Shown in pieces: positions 13,403-26,230 of a stretch of DNA of 64,000 nt. The notes under the pieces are model-generated. The model searched no databases, was not told where the DNA came from, and saw only the letters and a program-made list of their open reading frames with translations. Source of the stretch: Anaeramoeba ignava BMAN (taxonomy: Eukaryota > Protista > Anaeramoebae); the NCBI GenBank assembly GCA_028826165.1, contig JAPDFW010000081.1, positions 372,001 to 436,000 on the forward strand, read 5' to 3'. Numbering within the stretch: the stretch's first letter is position 1; each line of letters starts with the position of its first letter. The translations under genes were made by a program, and so were the position numbers.

Positions 13403-16400
13403 TCATTTTAAACCGTTTAAAATCAAATCAAAAATTGAATTTTGGTTTAATTGATAAAAATCTTTCAAATCCTTCATTTCTTCAATAAATTGTTTGTTAA
13501 TTTCTTGTTTCTCTTCAAATTCATCATGATAAAGGAAATAAATTAAATGATTGATTGTTTCAAATGATTTTCTTGAATAATCGTGGACTTGATTAGAAGA
13601 ATCTTGAACACTCAAAAACATTCCTTTAAATAATTCACTTCTTGCTATTAAAATGAGTTTATGAGCTTTGATTTCTTTTTCATCTTCAGAAATGATAGTA
13701 AAATCTTTTGTGTCTTGAAGTTGGAAAAGTTTGTGAAAATCTTTCAATAATGCTTTTCTTCCTTTTTTTGATTGAGTCCATTTTGGATCGAGATTCAATT
13801 CTTTGAAAAACTCCTGAAGCTTCTTTTCGTTTTCTTCGAATTCTTTGAGAACTCTTTTGTTTTCTTCAAATCTTCTTCCTCCCCAATAATAGTCTTCATC
13901 TTTACTTGTATTTTGATAGTTTTCTTCTATTTGCGCTTTTAATTTGTCAATAAATTGTTGGAAACCTGGAAATCCTGTGTAAAGAAAACTGAGAACAAGC
14001 TGAACATCGTTTTTGAGTTTTGTTTTGCAAAGATTGACAAATTTCTGGAAAAGAGTGTCGTTGTTGTCAAGTCTTGTTAGGAGAATTAATTTATGAACTC
14101 GGAATTTTGCGTTATCGATTGATTGTATTTCCAAATCGGAAAAATTATCAGTTGAATTCAATAAGTTGTTGAAATCTTCGCTAAATGAGTTAATCTGCAA
14201 AAACGCGTCCATGAACTCTCTTTTGACTTCTTCCTCCTGTAAATCATAAAAATTGACCTCCTGCTTGAAGAGAACTTGAATAACTTGCTGGTTGTTTTTC
14301 TGGATCGCGATAGAAAGCGCAGTATCCTTTTGGTTTGTTTTGGCGTTGATATCGATTCCTTTGGAAATGAGTTCTTGAATAATTTCTGGAGGAGAATTGT
14401 TTCTGCAAGCCAAATGAAGCATTGTTTCATTTTGCTCTGTGATTGATTTTACATTGGCACCTTTTGAGATCAACAATTTGATGACTTCAACTGGGGCATT
14501 ATTGTGGAAAGCAAGATGCAAAACCGTTTCGTTGTAGGATGTTTTCTCGTTGATATCCAATCCCTTATCAAGAAGATAATTGATAGTTTCCAGTGAGTGA
14601 TACTGACAAGAAACATGCAACGCTGTTTGTTTGTCATACATCGTTTTTGCATGAATATCAACTCCTTTCTCCACAAGCAACTTGATAATTTCAATAGACG
14701 CATTTCCTTGGCAAGCAACATGTAACGGTGTTTGGTTTTGCTTTGTTTTAGTGTTCACCTTAGCTCCCTTGGAAAGGAGTAAATTGATGATTTCCGCTGA
14801 TGGACTATATTGACATGCAAAATGAAGCACTGATTGTCCGTAATTTGTTTTTGCGTTGACATCAGCCTTCTTGGAAACCAAAAACTTCACAATCTCAATT
14901 GATGAGTTGTATTGACAGGCAAAATGCAAAGGTGTTTCCTTTTCCTTTGTTTTGGCATTCACCTTCGCTCCTTTTGAAATCAAGTATTGAATCACATCCA
15001 ATGATAGATTGTATTGGCATGCGAAATGAAGGGCTGTTTGGTTCTGCGATGTTTTCGCATTCACCTTGACTCCTTTGGAAATCAGGTATTTGATCACATC
15101 AATCGGTGAATTGCTTTGGCAAGCCAAATGCAAAACTGTATTGTTTTGGGTTGTTTTTTCGTTAATCTTGATTCCCTTTGAAATCAAATACTCAATAATC
15201 TCGATTGATGGATGATTTCTGCAAATGAAATGCAGAATGTTTTCGTTCTCGTTCGTTTTCGCTTTGATATCAGACCCATGCTCAACAAGATAATTGATGA
15301 CTTCAAGAGAGGGATTATAGAGACAAGCGTAATGTAAAGCTGTTTGGTTATCATACTCTGTTTTTGCATTCATATCAATTCCTTTTTCGACAAGCAACTT
15401 GATCAATTCAATTGATCGATTACTTTGGCACGCCAAATGCAATGCAGTTTGATTTTGTCGTGTTTTAGCATTGACATCAACTCCTTTGGAAATCAAGTAT
15501 TTGATAACCTCAAGAGACGCGTTGCTTTGGCAAGCTAGATGAATAGCCGTTTGGTCTTGATCTGTTTTGGCATGGATATCTACACCTTTGGAAACTAAGT
15601 AATCAATAACTTCGATTGATGGGTTGTATTGGCAAAATGAGTGGAGTATTGATTGGTTATAGTTTGTTTTAGTGTTCACATCCGCTCCCTTTTCAATCAA
15701 GAATTTGATGATTTCAAACGAAGAGTTACTTTGACACGCTAAATTCAACGGTGTTTCGCTTTGGTCTGTTTTAGCATTAACATCAACTCCTTTGGAAATT
15801 AAGAAATCAACCACTTCCATTGATGGGTTGTATTGGCAAGCTAGATGAAGCACCGATTGGTTGTAGTTTGTCTTAATATTAATATCCGCACCTCTTTCAA
15901 TAAGGAATTTGATCACTTCAAGTGATGGATTGCTTTGGCACGAGAAATGAAGTGCTGTTTGTCCGTAATTTGATCTTGCGTTCACATCGATTCCTTCAGA
16001 AATCAGCAACCGGATAATTTCTAGTGATGGATTGTATTGGCAGGCATAATGCAAGGCTGTTTCTCCCTCGCTTGTTTTTGCCTTAACATCTACTCCTTTT
16101 GAAATCAAATATTCAATAATTTCAAGTGGTCTATTGCTTTGACAAGATAAATGCAAAACTGTCTGGTTCTGGTTTGTTCGCGAATTTAAATCAGCTCCTC
16201 TTTCCACTAAATATTCAATCACTTCAAACGATGGGTTTCCTTGACAAGCCAAGTGTAAAACGGACTGGCTTTGGCTGTTTTTGGAATTGATATCAAGTCC
16301 TTTATCAAGTAAATATTCAATAATTTCAATTGAAGGGTTGTATTGGCACGAGAAATGCAAAGCTGTTTGCCCATAATTTGATTTTGTGTGGATATCCGCA

Positions 16401-19318
16401 CCTTTGGAAACGAGGTATTCAATGATTTCCAATGATGGATTAATTTGGCAAAGATAGTGTAAAGCTGTTTCATGATAATCTGATTTTGCATTCACATCGA
16501 TTCCCTTTTCAATCAAGTATTCAATCACATCTGTTGTTGGATTCCCTTGGCACGCTAAGTGCAAAGCTGTCTGGTTTTGGCTTGTTCTGGCATTAATATC
16601 CGCACCCTTTTCAATAAGGTGTTTGATAACCACAAGCATTGGATTATATTGGCAGGCAAAGTGTAATACTGATTGATTGTAGTTTGTTTTCGTGTTGATT
16701 TGAAGACCTTTTTGAAGTAAGTAATCAATAACTTCGATTGATGGGTTGTATTGACAGGCTAGATGCAGAATTGTTTCATTTTGGCTTGTTCTTTCATCTA
16801 TATCAACTCCTTTTGCAACTAAATACTTGATGATTTCGAGATTTGGAGCGTTTTGACAAACAAGATGTAGCATGTTTTGGTTTTGATCTGTTTTGGCTTG
16901 AATATCTGCTCCTTTGGAAACCAAATAATCAATAATCTCAATTGATGGATTACTTTGGCAAGCAAGATGCAAAGCGGTCTGGTTGTAGGTTGTTTTTGTA
17001 TTGATATTAATTCCTTTTGAAATAAGATAGTCAATCAATTCAATTGATGGATTACTTTGGCAAACGAGATGCAGAATTGTTTCATTCTGGTTTGTTTTGG
17101 CATTAATATCGACTCCTTTTGAAACGAGATATTTGATGATTTCAATCCTGATGTTGTATTGGCAAGCTAAATGAAGAACGGTTTGGTTATAGTCTGTCTT
17201 GGCATGAATATCTGCTCCTTTGGAAATGAAATATTCAATAATCTCGATTGAAGGGTTGTTTTGGCAAACCGAATGCAAAGCTGTTTGATTGTAATTTGTT
17301 TGTGTATTTATGTCCACTCCTTGCTCAATCAAATATTTGACAATCTCTAAAGAAGGATTATATTGGCAGGCATAATGCAAAACGGTTTCATTTTGGGATG
17401 TTTTTGCTTTCAAATCAACTCCTTTCTCGATCAAATACTTAATAACTTCAATTTTTGGTCTACTTTGGCAAGCATAATGAAGAGCAGTTTGGTTGTAATT
17501 GGTTTTTGCTTTCAAATCAATTCCCTTCTCAACCAAATATTTAATGATTTCAATATTTGGACTGACTTGGCAAGCATAATGAAGAGCGTTCTGTCCATAA
17601 GCTGATTTTGCTTGAATATCAACACCTTCCTCAATCAAATATTTGATGACTTCAAGATTTGGTCTTGTTTGACAAGCATAATGCAAAATAGTTTCGTTTT
17701 GAAATGTTTTTGTATGAGGATCACATCCCTTTTCAATCAAATACTTGATGATCTCAATATCTGGATCATTTTGGCAAACCAAATGCAAAACATTTTCGTT
17801 TTGATACAACTTGGAATGAATATCTGCTCCTTTCTCAATCAAATATTGAATGATTTCAAGTTTGGGTTTTTTTTGGCACACAAAATGCAGGGCTGATTGG
17901 GAAGTAATTGTTTTCGAATTGATGTCAATATCGCTTTCAAGTAAATATTCAATCACATCAATTGACGGTTTCTTTTTGCAAGCACAATGTAAAAGTGTTT
18001 CGTGTTGGCTTGTTTTGACATGAAGATCCGCTCCCTTCTCAAAAAAATATTCAATCATTTCAAGCGATGGATTAGTTTCACAAACAAAATGCAAGGGTGT
18101 TTCGTGCTGGTTTGTTTTTGAGTTGACATCAATTCCTTTTTCAACAAAATACTTGATAATTTCAAATTCTGGACTATAACGGCAAGCAAAGTGCAAAATA
18201 TTCTCATTTTGATACGTTTTTGCGTTGATATCACCTCCTTTTGAAATGAGATATTCAATCCATTCAACCGATACATTTTTATTTTGGCAAATGAGATGCA
18301 AAGTATTTTGGTGATTATAAGTTTTTAAATTGACATCAAGACCTTTTTCGATAAGAAATTTGACAACCTCAAAAGATGGATGATATTTGCAAGCATCATG
18401 CAAAATTGTTTCACTTTGTTTTGTTTTTACTTTGAAATCGGCTCCTTTCTCAATAAGAAATTTGATTGTCTCAAGTGAATTTTTTTGACAAGCAAAATGC
18501 AAAACGGTTTCGTTATTATGTGTTTTTGCTTTTAAATCCAATCCTTTCTCAATAAGAAATTTGATCACTTCAAGTGAATTTTTTTGGCAAGCATAATGCA
18601 AAATTGTTTCTTTTGAAGAAGTTTTTGCTTTTAAATCCAGTCCTTTTTCAATAAGAAATTTGATCACTTCAAAAGTATTGCCTTGACAGGCTAAATGTAA
18701 ACATGTTTCGTTTGAAGAAGTTTTTGCTTTTAAATCAAGTTCTTTTCCAATAAGAAATTTGATCACTTCAAGTGAATTTTTATGGCAAGCAAAATGTAAA
18801 CATGTTTCATTCTCATTTGTTTTTGCATTGATTCCAAGTCCTTTTCCAAGAAGAAATTCAATCACTTCAATCGAGTTTTTTTGGCAAGCGTAATGCAAAA
18901 TTGTTTGGTTTCTTGTTGTTTTTGAATTTATATCGAGATCCTTTTCAAGAAGATATTTGATAATCTCAATACTACTTCTCTGACAAGCAAAATGCAAAGC
19001 GTTTTTTCCGTTTTTATCAATTGAGTTGATTTTGATTTGCTTTTCAAGTAGCAAATCAATGATTTCAATTGGTGAATTGTTGATAATTGCAATATGTAAT
19101 CCATTTCTTCCTTTTTCATCTTCTAAATTTGGTTTGATTCCTTTAGAAATTAAGAGTTCAAGCATTTCTTTTGAAACCTTGTTTCTAATTGCAAAAAATA
19201 AAACGTTTTCTTTTACTTCTCCTTTTCCTTTTAATTTTTCTGCTTCTTTTTTGGGGATTTGTTCAATTTCTTTTAGTTTTTCAATTTGGTTTTTTTCTAT
19301 AATTTCAAAAATATTCAT
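13403..19318 (-). CDS. Giant ankyrin-repeat protein (roughly 48-50 repeats) with C-terminal double BTB/POZ, intronless
   Basis: 33-34-aa TALHxACQ repeats. BTB motifs FRVHKLILLTR and KAHKLILIARSELFKGMF. Likely ATG is 19318; the ORF-track extension to 19399 runs through the promoter. Confidence 0.93.
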   Translation of the reverse strand: MNIFEIIEKNQIEKLKEIEQIPKKEAEKLKGKGEVKENVLFFAIRNKVSKEMLELLISKGIKPNLEDEKGRNGLHIAIINNSPIEIIDLLLEKQIKINSIDKNGKNALHFACQRSSIEIIKYLLEKDLDINSKTTRNQTILHYACQKNSIEVIEFLLGKGLGINAKTNENETCLHFACHKNSLEVIKFLIGKELDLKAKTSSNETCLHLACQGNTFEVIKFLIEKGLDLKAKTSSKETILHYACQKNSLEVIKFLIEKGLDLKAKTHNNETVLHFACQKNSLETIKFLIEKGADFKVKTKQSETILHDACKYHPSFEVVKFLIEKGLDVNLKTYNHQNTLHLICQNKNVSVEWIEYLISKGGDINAKTYQNENILHFACRYSPEFEIIKYFVEKGIDVNSKTNQHETPLHFVCETNPSLEMIEYFFEKGADLHVKTSQHETLLHCACKKKPSIDVIEYLLESDIDINSKTITSQSALHFVCQKKPKLEIIQYLIEKGADIHSKLYQNENVLHLVCQNDPDIEIIKYLIEKGCDPHTKTFQNETILHYACQTRPNLEVIKYLIEEGVDIQAKSAYGQNALHYACQVSPNIEIIKYLVEKGIDLKAKTNYNQTALHYACQSRPKIEVIKYLIEKGVDLKAKTSQNETVLHYACQYNPSLEIVKYLIEQGVDINTQTNYNQTALHSVCQNNPSIEIIEYFISKGADIHAKTDYNQTVLHLACQYNIRIEIIKYLVSKGVDINAKTNQNETILHLVCQSNPSIELIDYLISKGININTKTTYNQTALHLACQSNPSIEIIDYLVSKGADIQAKTDQNQNMLHLVCQNAPNLEIIKYLVAKGVDIDERTSQNETILHLACQYNPSIEVIDYLLQKGLQINTKTNYNQSVLHFACQYNPMLVVIKHLIEKGADINARTSQNQTALHLACQGNPTTDVIEYLIEKGIDVNAKSDYHETALHYLCQINPSLEIIEYLVSKGADIHTKSNYGQTALHFSCQYNPSIEIIEYLLDKGLDINSKNSQSQSVLHLACQGNPSFEVIEYLVERGADLNSRTNQNQTVLHLSCQSNRPLEIIEYLISKGVDVKAKTSEGETALHYACQYNPSLEIIRLLISEGIDVNARSNYGQTALHFSCQSNPSLEVIKFLIERGADINIKTNYNQSVLHLACQYNPSMEVVDFLISKGVDVNAKTDQSETPLNLACQSNSSFEIIKFLIEKGADVNTKTNYNQSILHSFCQYNPSIEVIDYLVSKGVDIHAKTDQDQTAIHLACQSNASLEVIKYLISKGVDVNAKTRQNQTALHLACQSNRSIELIKLLVEKGIDMNAKTEYDNQTALHYACLYNPSLEVINYLVEHGSDIKAKTNENENILHFICRNHPSIEIIEYLISKGIKINEKTTQNNTVLHLACQSNSPIDVIKYLISKGVKVNAKTSQNQTALHFACQYNLSLDVIQYLISKGAKVNAKTKEKETPLHFACQYNSSIEIVKFLVSKKADVNAKTNYGQSVLHFACQYSPSAEIINLLLSKGAKVNTKTKQNQTPLHVACQGNASIEIIKLLVEKGVDIHAKTMYDKQTALHVSCQYHSLETINYLLDKGLDINEKTSYNETVLHLAFHNNAPVEVIKLLISKGANVKSITEQNETMLHLACRNNSPPEIIQELISKGIDINAKTNQKDTALSIAIQKNNQQVIQVLFKQEVNFYDLQEEEVKREFMDAFLQINSFSEDFNNLLNSTDNFSDLEIQSIDNAKFRVHKLILLTRLDNNDTLFQKFVNLCKTKLKNDVQLVLSFLYTGFPGFQQFIDKLKAQIEENYQNTSKDEDYYWGGRRFEENKRVLKEFEENEKKLQEFFKELNLDPKWTQSKKGRKALLKDFHKLFQLQDTKDFTIISEDEKEIKAHKLILIARSELFKGMFLSVQDSSNQVHDYSRKSFETINHLIYFLYHDEFEEKQEINKQFIEEMKDLKDFYQLNQNSIFDLILNGLK

Positions 19319-19389
19319 TTGATCAATTTTAATTGAAAAAAAAAATGAAAAAAATTTTATCATTTTTTTTTTTGCTTTTTTTTTAAATA
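19319..19389. promoter_or_regulatory. Minimal bidirectional promoter with back-to-back TCATTT initiator-like motifs
   Basis: 71 bp between divergent ATGs, containing AAAATGAAAAAAATTTTATCATTTT. The same motif precedes most genes in the window. Confidence 0.65.
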
Positions 19390-22300
19390 ATGAATTCAAA
19401 ATTTTTTGGAAAACATGAAGCAGAAGTTCGTTATCTTTATATTAATGGAGAATTTCTTTATTCAGGAGGATTTGATAAAAAAATACGTATTTGGGAGATT
19501 TCTGTAATTATTTTTATTATTCAAAAAAATAATAAAAAAAAAACAATTAAAAAAGTTTAAAATAAATTTTTTACTTTTTAAAGAAATATTTAAAAAAAAA
19601 AATAATAAACTAAAAATAAAAATAGACAGGAAAACTTATAAAAGAAAGAAAAACAACTTCATATATATTTTGTTTATCTGTTTATAATAATAAATTAGTG
19701 TCTTCTGGAGGAAAAATTAGTGTTTGGAATATTGAAGTAAAATTTATTTAATTAAAATTTATTATTTAATATTTATTTATAAAAAAATCCAAAACCAAAG
19801 ACATTAAATTTAGAAAAAGAATTTAAAAAAGATTTTGAAGGTTATATTTTTTATTTTGTAATTTTAGAAAACTTTCTTTTTACTGCAGGAGGTGATCGAA
19901 TTATTCGAAAATATATTTTTGTAAATTAAAATTACAAAATAAAACAAAATTTAATTTATTTAATTTATTTAATTTATTTAATTTATTTAATTTATTTAAT
20001 TTATTTAATTTATTTAATTTATTTAATTTATTTAATTTATTTAATTTATTTAATTTATTTAATTTATTTAAAGAATAAAGGAATTTGTAAGAAAAAATTA
20101 ACAGGACATTCTTCTGGTGTTTGGTCTCTTGTTTTAAATTCTGGATTTCTTTATTCTTCTGATTCTTCTGGAGAGATTAGATGTTGGGATATTCAAGTTT
20201 GTTTTATTTTCAATTTTAAATCAATATTTAAATCAATATTTAAATCAATATTTAATTTGGATTTGGAAATTAGTCTTTAAATCAATATTTAAATTAAATA
20301 TTTAAATCAATATTTAAATCAATATTTAAATCAATATTTAAATCAAATATTTAAATCAATTTTAATTTGGATTTTAATTTGGATTTTAATTTGAATTTTA
20401 ATTTGGATTTGGAAATTAGTCTTTAAATCAATATTTAAATCAATATTTAAATCAATATTTAAATCAATATTTAAATAAATATTTAAATCAATATTTAAAT
20501 TAAATATTTAAATCAATATTTAAATCAATATTTAAATCAATATTTAAATCAATATTTAAATCAATATTTAAATCAATATTTAAATCAATATTTAAATTAA
20601 TATTTAAATTAATATTTAAATCAATATTTAAATCAATATTTAAATCAAATATTTAAATAAATATTTAAATTAATATTTAAATCAATATTTAAATCAATTT
20701 TAAATCAATATTTAAATCAATATTTAAATCAATATTTAAATCAATATTTAAATTAATATTTAAATCAATATTTAAATCAATATTTAAATCAATATTTAAA
20801 TCAAATATTTAAATCAATATTTAAATTAATATTTAAATTAATATTTAAATCAATATTTAAATCAATTTTTAAATCAATATTTAAATCAAATATTTAAATC
20901 AATATTTAAATTAATATTTAATTCAATATTTAAATCAATATTTAATTTAAATAACAAAATATTTAAATCAATATTTAAATCAATATTTAAATCAATATTT
21001 AAATTAATATTTAAATCAATATTTAAATCAATATTTAAATCAATATTTAAATCAATATTTAAATCAATATTTAAATCAATATTTAAATCAATATTTAAAT
21101 CAATATTTAAATCAATATTTAAATCAATATTTAAATCAATATTTAAATCAATATTTAAATCAATATTTAAATCAATATTTAAATCAATATTTAAATCAAT
21201 ATTTAAATCAATATTTAAATAAATATTTAAATCAATATTTAAATCAATATTTAAATCAATATTTTAAATCAATATTTTAAATTAATATTTTAAATCAATA
21301 TTTAAATCATATATTTAATTCAATATTTAAATTAAATTTAAAAATAATATTTAAATCAATATTTAAATTAATATTTAAATCAAATATTTAAAATCAATAT
21401 TTAAATCAATATTTTAAATCAATATTTAAATCAATATTAATTTTGGATTTTTAATTTGAATTTGGATTTGGAAATTAGTCTTTAAATCAATATTTAAATT
21501 AAATATTTTAAATCAATATTTAAATAAATATTTAAATCAATATTTAAAAAATAAATATTTAAATCAATATTTAAATCAATATTTAAATCAATATTTAAAT
21601 CAATATTTAAATCAATATTTAAATCAATATTTTAAATCAATATTTAAATCAATATTTTAAATCAATATTTAAATCAATATTTAAATCAATATTTAAATCA
21701 ATATTTAAATTAATATTTAAATCAATATTTAAATAAATATTTAAATCAATATTTAAATAAATATTTAAATCAATATTTAAATCATATATTTAAATCAATA
21801 TTTAAATCAATATTTAAATCAAATATTTAAATCAATATTTAAATTAAATATTTAAATCAATATTTAAATTAAATATTTAAATCAATATTTAAATTAATAT
21901 TTAAATCAAATATTTAAATCAATTTTTAAATCAATATTTAAATAAATATTTAAATCAATATTTAAATCAATATTTAAATCAATATTTAAATCAATTTTTA
22001 AATCATATATTTAAATCAATTTTTAAATCAATTTTTAAATCATATATTTAAATCAATTTTTAAATCATATATTTAAATTAATATTTAAATCAAATATTTA
22101 AATCAATATTAATTTGGATTTTAATTTGAATTTGGAAATTAGTCTTTGGATTGCCAATTCATTTTAAAAGCTCATAATGAAGGAATTTGGGGAATTGGAT
22201 TTTTTAAAAAATTTATGTATTCAGTTTCTAATGATAAAAAAGTGAAGATTTGGAAATTTGAAGTAATTTTATAAACAAAAACAAATTGGAAAAAAAATTT

Positions 22301-23416
22301 TAATTTTTATTACAATTAGAATTCTTACAATAAACAACCTATTTGTGATATTGAATTAACAAATCATACTGGAAATATTATTTCAACTTTTTTATGTGAT
22401 GATATATTATTTACAGGAGCTGAAGACAACAAAGTTGTTGCATGGAATTTAAAAGTAAAATTAATTTTTAATTTTTAATTTTTAATTTTTAATTTTTAAT
22501 TTTTAATTTTTAATTTTTAGAAAAGAAAATTTAAAAAAACTTTTCATTTTAATTCTAAAGTTTGGAATGTTTGTTCTGATAGAAAAAGATTATTTGCAGG
22601 ATTATCTGATCATACAATAGAATATTGTGATTTAGATGTAAATTAATTTAATCAAAAAAAAACAACTTTTCATTTTTATTTGTATTTTTATTTTTATTTT
22701 TATTTTTATTTTTATTTTTATTTTTATTTTTATTTTTATTTATATTTTTATTTTCTTAAAAGGATATGTTTCCAGATTCACTAGTTCAAGATTTAGAAAA
22801 ACTTTTTAAAAGAAAAGAGAATTGTGACTTAATTTTCCAAACATTAGATAGAAAAATCTCTTTACATTCTTTAATTATTAAAAGTCGAATTCAAATTCCA
22901 ATTTCAAAATTAGGTGATTATTTTGCAATTAAACCATATAAAATTACCAAAGAGTTTTTTAGATGGATTTATACATGCAGAACAAAACTAAAAACAGAAC
23001 TGAATGATATTTGTCAGGAATTGGAAATCAAAGACTTTGCAGAAAAATCAACATTTAAATCACTTCGTTTTTCAATTAGTCAACTTTATTTTGAAAATCA
23101 ATCCAAAAATTTCAATCTTATTGTTAATAATAAAGAAATTCCTGTTCATAAAATAATTCTTCAAGCAAGAAGTGAATTATTTAGAGGAATGTTTGTTTCT
23201 GTTGAAGATAATTCTAATTGTGTTAATGATTATAGTTCAAGATCTTTTGAATCTTTAAATGCATTAATAAAATTTCTTTATTTTGATCAACTTGAAGAAA
23301 ATTTAGAAATAAAATATTTGAATGAATTAATAGATGCAGTTGATTTTTATCAACTTAATAAAATTTCTGAATTAAATAATGAAATAAAGCGAATAAAAAT
23401 GAAAAAAGAAAAATAG
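19390..23416 (+). CDS. 7-blade WD40 plus double-BTB protein (exons 19390-19503, 19626-19736, 19801-19920, 20074-20196, 22143-22262, 22320-22454, 22521-22637, 22763-23416)
   Basis: Manual splicing gives WD repeats (SGGFDKKIRIWE; GHSSGVWSL..WD; TGAEDNKVVAWN). All introns are GT-AG, phase 0. Last exon contains ARSELFRGMF. Confidence 0.88.
20215..22110 (+). repeat. Intronic 12-bp repeat AAATCAATATTT
   Basis: Tandem copies in WD40 intron 4. Confidence 0.92.
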
Positions 23417-23490
23417 AATAAAAAAAACAAATTATTTTTTTTTCATTTTTCATTTTTTTCATTTTTTTCTATTTAGATTTTTCTTTTAAA

Positions 23491-26050
23491 ATGCAACCTA
23501 ATTTTGGAGATTTTTATGAAGCTCCTTATCAAAAAACTCCTCAAAATCGTTTCCAAAATACTGATAGAGTTTTTTTCCAAGATTCTCTTGGTCAAAATAG
23601 AACTACATCAACAACAAGATTAGATTTCGATCAAGATTTTAATGAACCTCCACTTTTAGAAGGTATTTTGTTTAAATGCTTCTTTTATTCTAAATATTTT
23701 TATTTAAAACAATTTTTTTCATTTATTTTTTTTATATAAAGAACTTGGTATTAATTTTTCTCATATTTATAAGAAGATTTTATCTGTTTTAAATCCTTTT
23801 AAACGTGTTGATCATTTCTTTTTACAAGATTCTGATCTTGCTGGTCCTTTATTATTTTTTTCTTTACTTGGATTTTGTTTTCTTTTAGTAAAATAAAATT
23901 CAATAATAAATTCAATATTAAATTCAAAATTAAATTCAAAATTTAATTCAATATTAAATTCAATATTAAATTCAAAATTAAATTCAAAATTTAATTCAAT
24001 ATTAAATTCAATAATAAATTCAATATTTAATCCAAAATTTAATTCAATATTTAATTCAAAATTTAATTCAATATTAAATTCAAAATAAAATTCAAAATAA
24101 AATTCAAAATTAAATTCAAAATTAAATTCAAAATTAAATTCAAAATTAAATTCAATATAAAATTCAATATTAAATTCAAAATTAAATTCAAAATTAAATT
24201 CAATATAAAATTCAATATTAAATTCAATATTAAATTCAATATTAAATTCAAAATTAAATTCAAAATTAAATTCAATAATAAATTTAAAACTAAATTCAAT
24301 ATTAAATTCAATATTAAATCCAATATTAAATTTAAAATTAAATTCAAAATTAAATTCAAAATTAAATTCAATATTTAATTCAAAATTAAATTCAAAATTA
24401 AATTCAATATTTAATTCAAAATTAAATTCAAAATAAAATTCAAAATTAAATTCAAAATTAAATTCAAAATTAAATTCAATAATAAATTCAAAAATAAATT
24501 TAAAATTAAATTCAATATTAAATTCAATAATAAATTCAATATTAAATTCAAAATTAAATTCAAAATTAAATTCAAAATTAAATTCAATATTAAATTCAAA
24601 ATTAAATTCAAAATTAAATTCAATATTAAATTCAAAATTAAATTCAAAATTAAATTCAATATTAAATTCAAAATTAAATTCAAAATTAAATTCAATATTA
24701 AATTCAAAATTAAATTCAAAATTAAATTCAAAATTAAATTCAAAATTAAATTCAAAATTAAATTCAAAATTAAATTCAATATTAAATTTAAAATTAAATT
24801 CAAAATTAAATTCAATATTAAATTCAAAATTAAATTCAAAATTAAATTCAATATTAAATCCAATATTAAATTTAAAATTAAATTCAAAATTAAATTCAAT
24901 ATTAAATTCAAAATTAAATTTAAAATAATTAAATTCAAAATTAAATTTAAAATAAATTCAAAATTAAATTCAAAATTAAATCCAATATTAAATTTAAAAT
25001 TAAATTCAAAATAAAATTCAATATTAAATTCAATATTAAATTCAAAATTAAATTCAAAATAAAATTCAATAATAAATTCAATATTTAATTCAAAATTAAA
25101 TTCAATAATAAATTCAAAATTAAATTCAATATAAAATCCAATATAAAATTCAAAATTAAATTCAAAATTAAATTCAATATAAAATTTAAAATTAAATTCA
25201 AAATAAAATTCAAAATTAAATTCAAAATTAAATTCAATATAAAATTCAAAATAAAATTCAAAATTAAATTCAAAATTAAATTCAATATTAAATCCAATAT
25301 TAAATTCAAAATAAAATTCAAAATTAAATTCAATATTAAATTCAATATTAAATTCAAAATAAAATTCAAAATTAAATTCAAAATAAAATTCAATAATAAA
25401 TTTAAAATTAAATTCAAAATTAAATTCAAAATTAAATTCAATATTAAATTCAAAATTAAATTCAAAATTAAATTCAATAATAAATTCAAAATTAAATTCA
25501 AAATTAAATTCAAAATTAAATTCAAAATTAAATTCAATATTAAATTCAAAATTAAATTCAAAATTAAATTCAAAATTAAATTCAAAATTAAATTCAATAT
25601 TAAATTTAAAAATTAAATTCAAAATTAAATTTTAGTCTGGAAAAATACATTTTGGTTATATTTATGGTGTTGGTACTCTTGGAAATTTATTGATTTATTT
25701 TGTATTAAATTTAATGTCAACAGAACAAATTAATTTATATCAAACAATATCAATTACAGGATATTGTCTTCTTCCTTTAGTTATTCTTGCTTTTTGTCGT
25801 TTATTACTTCCTTTTGGGTATTTTTTAAATTCTTTTAAATTTTAAATTTAATTTAGTTTCTTATTTAAAAAAAATAACAAAATATAAAAATAGTTTTGTT
25901 TTTATTTTAGTTCCAGTTTGTATTTTATGGTCTAGTTATGCTGCATCAACTATTTTTGTTGAAATACTTGAAATGAAAGAACAAAAATGGCTTGTTGGTT
26001 ATCCTGTTTTTCTTTTTTTTACTTGTTTTGCAATAATGGCAGTTTTTTAA
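23491..26050 (+). CDS. YIP1: Yip1/YIPF5-family ER-Golgi membrane protein, 4 exons
   Basis: [36 protein letters not shown] and LVGYP motifs after GT-AG splicing. Confidence 0.93.
23890..25630 (+). repeat. Intronic 12-bp repeat AAATTCAAAATT / AAATTCAATATT
   Basis: Tandem copies in Yip1 intron 2. Confidence 0.92.
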
Positions 26051-26230
26051 TTTGATTTGATTTGATTTGATTTGATAAAAAAAATTTTTTTTTTTCATTC
26101 CACTTTTTTTTTGGAATTTTGAAGTTTCTTTTTAATTTTTGAAATAAATTGATAAAAAAGCAAAAAAAAATATTTTTGATTTGAAGAAAGAAAGAAAAAA
26201 ATTTAATAAAATGCCACTTTTTTTTTTGTT

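Noticed and set aside
24063-25622. Long ORFs of LILN/FNFE repeats (similarly 27221-28275, 40520-40925, 43423-44910, 48274-48708, 52863-53183)
   Set aside because: They are stop-free readings of microsatellites inside introns, intergenic DNA or alternative frames of real genes.
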